A stretch of 64,000 nt of DNA from NCBI GenBank assembly GCA_964019425.1, contig OZ025788.1:1178001-1242000 (forward strand), written 5' to 3'. The notes below the pieces were generated by a model that searched no databases, had not been told where the DNA came from, and saw only the letters and a program-made list of their open reading frames with translations. The stretch comes from Flectonema sp. DT1601. Its lineage: Eukaryota. Each line of letters starts with the position of its first letter. Within the stretch, counting starts at the first letter, position 1. Both the position numbers and the translations under genes were made by a program. Of the stretch, positions 53,239 to 61,117 are shown one piece after another.

Positions 53239-53541
53239 GTTTTATATATAATTTTTTTTTTTTTCCTTTTAAAGAATATTTTTGACAATCTGACCGCCAA
53301 CCTCAGTCAGCTATTATTCTTTTCTTTTTATAATTGTATTGTAGGAATTTGTTTATATTTATTTTTATTTTGTATTCTTCTTAGTGTGATTGTCTTTTAC
53401 ACTTTTTTTTTAATTACCATTTACCTTTCTCTTAAGGGATTAAAAAACACGTCATGAGGAATATTTTCAAAAAATAAGATAAAATCTGGATTCGCATTAT
53501 ATCACAACCAAGTATTTTATTGTTATCAAAGGCAAATATAA

Positions 53542-55017
53542 ATGTCGAGCAAGTACGCATATAGCCCATCGCCGTCTAGGAGGAGTTCAAGATCGGGGAG
53601 ATCGGGGAGATCAGGGTCGAGGAGTCCTGCTACAAAATCTTATGCTAAATTGAGTCCAGGAGCATCATATTACGGAAGGGGTGGATCTGCTGTTGAAGAT
53701 CAGATAACACAACCCTTCAGGAGATCGTCAAAGTCACCAAGGAGTTCAAGAAAACCACCAGAAGGAAGTGTCAAATCTCAAGTCACGCAGCCGTATAGAA
53801 AGTCAAGAAGCAGATCTAGATCCAGATCCAGATCCAGATCTCGTTCTCAAGCACGACCGCGTCCAATTGGGTCTTGGAAGGTACCTGAAAAGAAACACAC
53901 TCAACAGGCAAACACAAATGTTTTTTCTGACTACTGTCGTGTTCCAGAAGGAGGTCGTCTGTACCTACCTGAAGGAACAATTGTCGAATTAATTTCAGCA
54001 TATTACAGAGTAGAAGATGAAACTCATGCTGGGCTTGAGAAAGATGTCCGACAAATGGTCCTTCGTCACATTCACGAAGGAGGTATCGATATCGTTGTTT
54101 CAGACAGAACGTTAGGAGCAGAGAACAGGTATCCAGATCGGAGTAAAACTTTAATTATAACATACGTACCTCAGAAGGCTGATGGTGTTGTTGAACTTCT
54201 TATTCCTGAGGGTGGAATGTTTCAACTTCCTGAAGAAAGTATTGATGTGATTACATCAGCAGAGTTTAGATTACCTCATGATCATAATGTTGGTCATGGT
54301 TGGGGTGTTGACGTACTCGGTGTTATAAATGAAAATTTTTACAATGGTGGAATCCGAGCGATGTTAGCATCTCGAGAGAATCTCAGAGTACCCTACGACC
54401 CCTTTCCAGGTAGGAAGAAAGTTCTTCGAATTCAATACATTCCAACCAGAAGAGGAAGACGAACTGAATGGAAACAAGTTGAAGAACGAACAGACTGGGC
54501 TGTCCGTGACATTGATGACTCTGGTCATAGTAAGTGGTCTAGTTTAGTTAGTGAAGGGTCATCAGGATCTTTAGCTCATGGATATAATTATAATCCTTAT
54601 GATGTTAGTAGTTATCACCCAAGTGAAGATCATCCCCCAAGTGTTTTAGCAAGTCAAGGAACAGATAATTATCATATCCGTTTATTACAATCTGTTTTAT
54701 CTTTATTAAGAGACGTTGAGCATTATGGACAACCATCTGATAGACGTCTTCAAGATGTTGAAAAACTTGTTGACGCTGTTAAACGTGATCGTAGTAACAG
54801 AGTAAGAGCATCAACTGGTGGTAATCCATATGACTGGGCTTCTCACTTAATAGCAGCTGACCCTCAAGGGTCTTTTTGGAGTCATCCGAAATCAGTTTTG
54901 ACAAGAATGGGATTTACAGATCGAGAGATATCTTCCGCGTTAAATAAAACACAAGGATCCTTACACGATGCTGCAATGATGTTAACATCACATTCTAATC
55001 CACATCCTAGGTATTAG
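53542..55017 (+). CDS. Paralogue 2: RS-rich N-terminus, two DUF3395-like repeats and a C-terminal UBA-like domain
   Basis: SRSRSRSR tract; the same repeats, including VGHGWGVDV and YDPFP..K.L.IQY; LTRMGFTDREISSAL.KT.GSL..AA.ML. Confidence 0.78.
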   Translation: MSSKYAYSPSPSRRSSRSGRSGRSGSRSPATKSYAKLSPGASYYGRGGSAVEDQITQPFRRSSKSPRSSRKPPEGSVKSQVTQPYRKSRSRSRSRSRSRSRSQARPRPIGSWKVPEKKHTQQANTNVFSDYCRVPEGGRLYLPEGTIVELISAYYRVEDETHAGLEKDVRQMVLRHIHEGGIDIVVSDRTLGAENRYPDRSKTLIITYVPQKADGVVELLIPEGGMFQLPEESIDVITSAEFRLPHDHNVGHGWGVDVLGVINENFYNGGIRAMLASRENLRVPYDPFPGRKKVLRIQYIPTRRGRRTEWKQVEERTDWAVRDIDDSGHSKWSSLVSEGSSGSLAHGYNYNPYDVSSYHPSEDHPPSVLASQGTDNYHIRLLQSVLSLLRDVEHYGQPSDRRLQDVEKLVDAVKRDRSNRVRASTGGNPYDWASHLIAADPQGSFWSHPKSVLTRMGFTDREISSALNKTQGSLHDAAMMLTSHSNPHPRY

Positions 55018-55804
55018 TTTTTAGTTATTATTTTTATTCCAATACGAACGTTTTAGTTTAAGCTTCATTTACTTGTTTGCTCGTTGCGGTGATTTTGGAT
55101 CTTTTTCTCCCCTTTCTTTTCCTCCGACATCACATACTATTGTTCGATATGTCTTTTTTGTTATTATTGACATGGCCTTACCGCAATTGATCTTATAAAT
55201 AAATAAAAAAACCCCTCACACGTTGTAGTTGCTTCTGCTACAGTTCCTCTCTATTAATTTGGAGATTGGACCTAATAAAACTTCCTCAAAAGGCTTGTCA
55301 CTTTACTATAGAGAGATGGTAAAGTGATAAAGTGTTTGCTGTATATCGTCTCACTTTCTTCATTAGTGATGGAGGCCGTATGTTTTTTTTTGTATTGTAT
55401 CTTTTTTATTTTATTTTGTTTTATTATATTTATTCTCCCGCTTCTCGATCCTTACGGACAATTAATATGAGCGAATAACAGTAAAAAGGATTAGGTGTGC
55501 TGTTATTCTTGCGTTTTTTCCCCCTATTTTTTCTTTTGTTTTTTTGTTTGTTTGATGTAGTTTCATAGTCATCGATGTACCTAATTTTGTATTTATTTCT
55601 GTTCCGAGCCGTTCCCTTCACAACCCATCTTTCTTTATGTCTTCAGAAAGGATTTGGTAAGTTGTTTTTATAGTGTTGTGGACTTACGTTTATTCACAGC
55701 TATGAGGTAGGGGTGGTGAATTGACCAACGTGATGAATTCAGCTGACGAAGTTTAATTACTTTCAATCGCATCTCTTATCACTTCTACAGCAGGGATAAC
55801 TAAA

Positions 55805-56770
55805 ATGGGTCGTTTTGACAGAGACAGGGATCGTGACCAAGATCGAGAGCGGAGGGACCGAAGAGATAACCAACCCAGAAGAGATAGAAATAGGGGAGAC
55901 AGAGACAGAGGTGACTGGGAAAGGAATGACAGAGACAGAGGTGACTGGGAGAGAGGTAACCGAGACAGAGGTGATGTCGGAAGAGATAGGGACAGAAGAG
56001 ATCGAGAAAGAGGTGAGAGACAAGTGAATCCAAGAGACAGACATCAACGGGAGAGAAACTCCAACAGAGAACAACCCAACCGACGGGAAAATGACAAACG
56101 GGAATCTGAAACAAACAGGAGAACTTGTCCCTTCTTAGTGCGACTGTTCTTAAAAATAGACAGCGTCCGCAGAGACGAACGGTTCGAAAAGCCGCCACTC
56201 ATCAGACTCTTTAGTGATGTTGATTGGACTGCGAGAGAAGCATTACAACAGAAAACAGACATTGTCGAATTTAAGCTTCACACCTGGAAGGATGCACCTC
56301 TTTCAGAGCTCCTCGATACTGTAGTGAGGGTATGTTATTATTGAGCTCATTGTAGGCAAGTCAAATTAATAAAAAATACATAACAACATCAACAGGCATG
56401 CAAACTACTCGACGGAAAGGATGTTCGCACATTCAACTTTGGCATCGTAAAACCCAACACTGAAGGTCGTCATAGACGCAACACAATAATGAAGTTCCTC
56501 GGTCACGCTGTGCCTACTCTTTCTGATTACAATCACATGCGTGTTAATCCATCGATGAATAAATCAGGGGTTTGTATTTACTTTTATAAATGATGTTGTG
56601 AAGAGTGAATCTTCTCTTACTTCTTTTGTACTATTTCAAAAACATGATAAAAACAGGCATCCCTCTCTGAGCTCGATCACAAAATAGGAGAATATCTCGT
56701 TCTTGCTATTGAGACGATAGAGGAAAAGGAATTTCGTAGAAAGCGAAAAGGGAGCAGCAACTCTTACTGA
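55805..56770 (+). CDS. SAP18: SAP18 homologue with an RD/RE-rich N-terminal extension, join(55805..56329,56396..56569,56657..56770), 270 aa
   Basis: RRTCPFLVRLF, LHTWKDAPLSEL, FNFGIV and IGEYLVLAI follow the SAP18 motif order (TCPLLLRVF, IYTWMDATL.EL, F.FAIV, IGDYLDIAI) once two phase-0 GT-AG introns of 66 and 87 bp are removed. Confidence 0.85.
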
Positions 56771-57099
56771 GTCTAATCTATAAATAATAGACAAGACAAT
56801 CAGTTCATGAGATGTGATCGTTATATATTAACATATGTTAGTAGCTACACGGCACTCTCAACATTCTATTTCTAACTTAACGAGTACCTCTTCCATTGTA
56901 AGGTATTCAGCTTGATGATGAATTCGACGTGCTAAGTGTTGAAAGGTACTAATAATTATATTTATTTAGTAGTTTTATTATTGAAACATTTCTCTTTAAA
57001 GGATACATCACATGTACTCACTAAGTAGTCTATCGTATTGATTCTATTGTAGGGAACTGTTTGTGGTTTAATACTTTACTCCCACAGCTCTATTTCAAT

Positions 57100-60000
57100 A
57101 TGAGAACTTTATTCCTTCTCTCAGTCTGCGCTATTGCGTTTTCGCAGGCCGACCAATGTGCAAAAGAGCACACTTCACAAGCTACTTGTGACGCCGACTC
57201 TGGCTGTACTTGGTGCAAGTGCGGTGCCCTTCCAAGTCAGTGCTGGACTCTTGAGGACGCCAAGAAGCTCCCTGCTGGTGTGTACGTCTGTGACAAGTCC
57301 AACTTCTTAAACAACCTCAAGCATCAGGCAGCTGCTCAACCTTCCATTGCTCTCCCAGCCGTTAAGTCAGCTGGCGGTGATGCCTGTGGTGACAAGTACT
57401 CTGCTCAGTCGACTTGTGATGCCGATTCTGGCTGCACTTGGTGCAAGTGCGGTGCCCTTCCAAGTCAGTGCTGGACTCTTGAGGATGCTAAGAAGCTCCC
57501 TGCTGGTGTGTACATCTGTGACAAGCAGGAAGAACTCAGCCAGCTCCCAGCTATCAGGTCTGCTGGTGGTGACGCCTGTGGTGACAAGTACTCTGCTCAG
57601 TCGACTTGTGATGCCGATTCTGGCTGCACTTGGTGCAAGTGCGGTGCCCTTCCAAGTCAGTGCTGGACTCTTGAGGATGCTAAGAAGCTCCCTGCTGGTG
57701 TGTACATCTGTGACAAGCAGGAAGAACTCAGCCAGCTCCCAGCTATCAGGTCTGCTGGTGGTGACGCCTGTGGTGACAAGTACTCTGCTCAGTCGACTTG
57801 TGATGCCGATTCTGGCTGCACTTGGTGCAAGTGCGGTGCCCTTCCAAGTCAGTGCTGGACTCTTGAGGACGCCAAGAAGCTCCCTGCTGGTGTGTACATC
57901 TGTGACAAGCAGGAAGAACTCAGCCAGCTCCCAGCTATCAGGTCTGCTGGTGGTGACGCCTGTGGTGACAAGTACTCTGCTCAGTCGACTTGTGATGCCG
58001 ATTCTGGCTGCACTTGGTGCAAGTGTGGTGCCCTTCCAAGTCAGTGCTGGACTCTTGAGGATGCTAAGAAGCTCCCTGCTGGTGTGTACATCTGTGACAA
58101 GCAGGAAGAACTCAGCCAGCTCCCAGCTATCAGGTCTGCTGGTGGTGACGCCTGTGGTGACAAGTACTCTGCTCAGTCGACTTGTGATGCCGATTCTGGC
58201 TGCACTTGGTGCAAGTGCGGTGCCCTTCCAAGTCAGTGCTGGACTCTTGAGGACGCCAAGAAGCTCCCTGCTGGTGTGTACATCTGTGACAAGCAGGAAG
58301 AACTCAGCCAGCTCCCAGCTATCAGGTCTGCTGGTGGTGACGCCTGTGGTGACAAGTACTCTGCTCAGTCGACTTGTGACGCCGATTCTGGCTGCACTTG
58401 GTGCAAGTGCGGTGCCCTTCCAAGTCAGTGCTGGACTCTTGAGGACGCCAAGAAGCTCCCTGCTGGTGTGTACATCTGTGACAAGCAGGAAGAACTCAGC
58501 CAGCTCCCAGCTATCAGGTCTGCTGGTGGTGACGCCTGTGGTGACAAGTACTCTGCTCAGTCGACTTGTGATGCCGATTCTGGCTGCACTTGGTGCAAGT
58601 GCGGTGCCCTTCCAAGTCAGTGCTGGACTCTTGAGGATGCTAAGAAGCTCCCTGCTGGTGTGTACATCTGTGACAAGCAGGAAGAACTCAGCCAGCTCCC
58701 AGCTATCAGGTCTGCTGGTGGTGACGCCTGTGGTGACAAGTACTCTGCTCAGTCGACTTGTGACGCCGATTCTGGCTGCACTTGGTGCAAGTGCGGTGCC
58801 CTTCCAAGTCAGTGCTGGACTCTTGAGGACGCCAAGAAGCTCCCTGCTGGTGTGTACATCTGTGACAAGCAGGAAGAACTCAGCCAGCTCCCAGCTATCA
58901 GGTCTGCTGGTGGTGACGCCTGTGGTGACAAGTACTCTGCTCAGTCGACTTGTGATGCCGATTCTGGCTGCACTTGGTGCAAGTGCGGTGCCCTTCCAAG
59001 TCAGTGCTGGACTCTTGAGGATGCTAAGAAGCTCCCTGCTGGTGTGTACATCTGTGACAAGCAGGAAGAACTCAGCCAGCTCCCAGCTATCAGGTCTGCT
59101 GGTGGTGACGCCTGTGGTGACAAGTACTCTGCTCAGTCGACTTGTGACGCCGATTCTGGCTGCACTTGGTGCAAGTGCGGTGCCCTTCCAAGTCAGTGCT
59201 GGACTCTTGAGGATGCTAAGAAGCTCCCTGCTGGTGTGTACATCTGTGACAAGCAGGAAGAACTCAGCCAGCTCCCAGCTATCAGGTCTGCTGGTGGTGA
59301 CGCCTGTGGTGACAAGTACTCTGCTCAGTCGACTTGTGATGCCGATTCTGGCTGCACTTGGTGCAAGTGCGGTGCCCTTCCAAGTCAGTGCTGGACTCTT
59401 GAGGACGCCAAGAAGCTCCCTGCTGGTGTGTACGTCTGTGACAAGTCCAACTTCTTAAACAACCTCAAGCATCAGGCAGCTGCTCAACCTTCCATTGCTC
59501 TCCCAGCCGTTAAGTCAGCTGGCGGTGATGCCTGTGGTGACAAGTACTCTGCTCAGTCGACTTGTGATGCCGATTCTGGCTGCACTTGGTGCAAGTGCGG
59601 TGCCCTTCCAAGTCAGTGCTGGACTCTTGAGGATGCTAAGAAGCTCCCTGCTGGTGTGTACATCTGTGACAAGCAGGAAGAACTCAGCCAGCTCCCAGCT
59701 ATCAGGTCTGCTGGTGGTGACGCCTGTGGTGACAAGTACTCTGCTCAGTCGACTTGTGACGCCGATTCTGGCTGCACTTGGTGCAAGTGCGGTGCCCTTC
59801 CAAGTCAGTGCTGGACTCTTGAGGATGCTAAGAAGCTCCCTGCTGGTGTGTACATCTGTGACAAGCAGGAAGAACTCAGCCAGCTCCCAGCTATCAGGTC
59901 TGCTGGTGGTGACGCCTGTGGTGACAAGTACTCTGCTCAGTCGACTTGTGATGCCGATTCTGGCTGCACTTGGTGCAAGTGCGGTGCCCTTCCAAGTCAG

Positions 60001-60639
60001 TGCTGGACTCTTGAGGACGCCAAGAAGCTCCCTGCTGGTGTGTACATCTGTGACAAGCAGGAAGAACTCAGCCAGCTCCCAGCTATCAGGTCTGCTGGTG
60101 GTGACGCCTGTGGTGACAAGTACTCTGCTCAGTCGACTTGTGACGCCGATTCTGGCTGCACTTGGTGCAAGTGCGGTGCCCTTCCAAGTCAGTGCTGGAC
60201 TCTTGAGGACGCCAAGAAGCTCCCTGCTGGTGTGTACATCTGTGACAAGCAGGAAGAACTCAGCCAGCTCCCAGCTATCAGGTCTGCTGGTGGTGACGCC
60301 TGTGGTGACAAGTACTCTGCTCAGTCGACTTGTGACGCCGATTCTGGCTGCACTTGGTGCAAGTGCGGTGCCCTTCCAAGTCAGTGCTGGACTCTTGAGG
60401 ACGCCAAGAAGCTCCCTGCTGGTGTGTACATCTGTGACAAGCAGGAAGAACTCAGCCAGCTCCCAGCTATCAGGTCTGCTGGTGGTGACGCCTGTGGTGA
60501 CAAGTACTCTGCTCAGTCGACTTGTGACGCCGATTCTGGCTGCACTTGGTGCAAGTGCGGTGCCCTTCCAAGTCAGTGCTGGACTCTTGAGGACGCCAAG
60601 AAGCTCCCTGCTGGTGTGTACATCTGTGACAAGCAGTAG
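57100..60639 (+). CDS. Secreted protein of 18 near-identical Cys-rich modules (192-bp / 64-aa period)
   Basis: Signal peptide MRTLFLLSVCAIAFS after the AG at 57087. Modules start at 57157, 57385..59305 (11 copies) and 59533..60493 (6 copies); differences between copies are almost all synonymous. Confidence 0.93.
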   Translation: MRTLFLLSVCAIAFSQADQCAKEHTSQATCDADSGCTWCKCGALPSQCWTLEDAKKLPAGVYVCDKSNFLNNLKHQAAAQPSIALPAVKSAGGDACGDKYSAQSTCDADSGCTWCKCGALPSQCWTLEDAKKLPAGVYICDKQEELSQLPAIRSAGGDACGDKYSAQSTCDADSGCTWCKCGALPSQCWTLEDAKKLPAGVYICDKQEELSQLPAIRSAGGDACGDKYSAQSTCDADSGCTWCKCGALPSQCWTLEDAKKLPAGVYICDKQEELSQLPAIRSAGGDACGDKYSAQSTCDADSGCTWCKCGALPSQCWTLEDAKKLPAGVYICDKQEELSQLPAIRSAGGDACGDKYSAQSTCDADSGCTWCKCGALPSQCWTLEDAKKLPAGVYICDKQEELSQLPAIRSAGGDACGDKYSAQSTCDADSGCTWCKCGALPSQCWTLEDAKKLPAGVYICDKQEELSQLPAIRSAGGDACGDKYSAQSTCDADSGCTWCKCGALPSQCWTLEDAKKLPAGVYICDKQEELSQLPAIRSAGGDACGDKYSAQSTCDADSGCTWCKCGALPSQCWTLEDAKKLPAGVYICDKQEELSQLPAIRSAGGDACGDKYSAQSTCDADSGCTWCKCGALPSQCWTLEDAKKLPAGVYICDKQEELSQLPAIRSAGGDACGDKYSAQSTCDADSGCTWCKCGALPSQCWTLEDAKKLPAGVYICDKQEELSQLPAIRSAGGDACGDKYSAQSTCDADSGCTWCKCGALPSQCWTLEDAKKLPAGVYVCDKSNFLNNLKHQAAAQPSIALPAVKSAGGDACGDKYSAQSTCDADSGCTWCKCGALPSQCWTLEDAKKLPAGVYICDKQEELSQLPAIRSAGGDACGDKYSAQSTCDADSGCTWCKCGALPSQCWTLEDAKKLPAGVYICDKQEELSQLPAIRSAGGDACGDKYSAQSTCDADSGCTWCKCGALPSQCWTLEDAKKLPAGVYICDKQEELSQLPAIRSAGGDACGDKYSAQSTCDADSGCTWCKCGALPSQCWTLEDAKKLPAGVYICDKQEELSQLPAIRSAGGDACGDKYSAQSTCDADSGCTWCKCGALPSQCWTLEDAKKLPAGVYICDKQEELSQLPAIRSAGGDACGDKYSAQSTCDADSGCTWCKCGALPSQCWTLEDAKKLPAGVYICDKQ

Positions 60640-61117
60640 GTTATCTCTTGGTAGTTTTGTTTCGTTGAATAGGCTGTTATAAGGCTGTTACTGTTATATT
60701 TATATTTCTGTTCTCCGAGGGCAAGAAACAAACGCAACAAGCGAGTGAAAAAAATAAAAAAAAGAAAACATCCTTGAAATAACCGTGTGCGAAGTGTTTA
60801 TTGTAATTGTGTTTTTCCGGCCGTGTGTTCAGTAAGAAAGAGTGTTCTGTTCTCTTCAGAAATTGATTCACATCGGTAATTGGCAACAAACAATTGCACC
60901 CTATTACTTTCTTCAACTAATTATCTTATGTTTCTCTACAGGGAGCGGGGGAAATGAGTTTCGACTGCAGAACAGGTTCTGTGTCTAAAAGAATATTTCC
61001 ACTACGAAAATCAAAAATTAATAATTATTTTTACATCCCGTCAGGCGCTACACACGTTTCTTGTTTTTACGTCCAATAAGAAACACCACAAAAGTTAATT
61101 AAAAGTATGAAGTAAGT

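Noticed and set aside
55725..56945. Possible C/D-box snoRNA motifs (TGATGA...CTGA) near 55731 and 56914
   Set aside because: Such short motifs are expected by chance in AT-rich DNA, and no terminal stem or guide complementarity could be verified.
57347..60682. 703-aa and 395-aa alternative-frame ORFs over the Cys-rich gene
   Set aside because: Shadow frames of a repeat. Variation is synonymous in the Cys-rich frame and non-synonymous in these.
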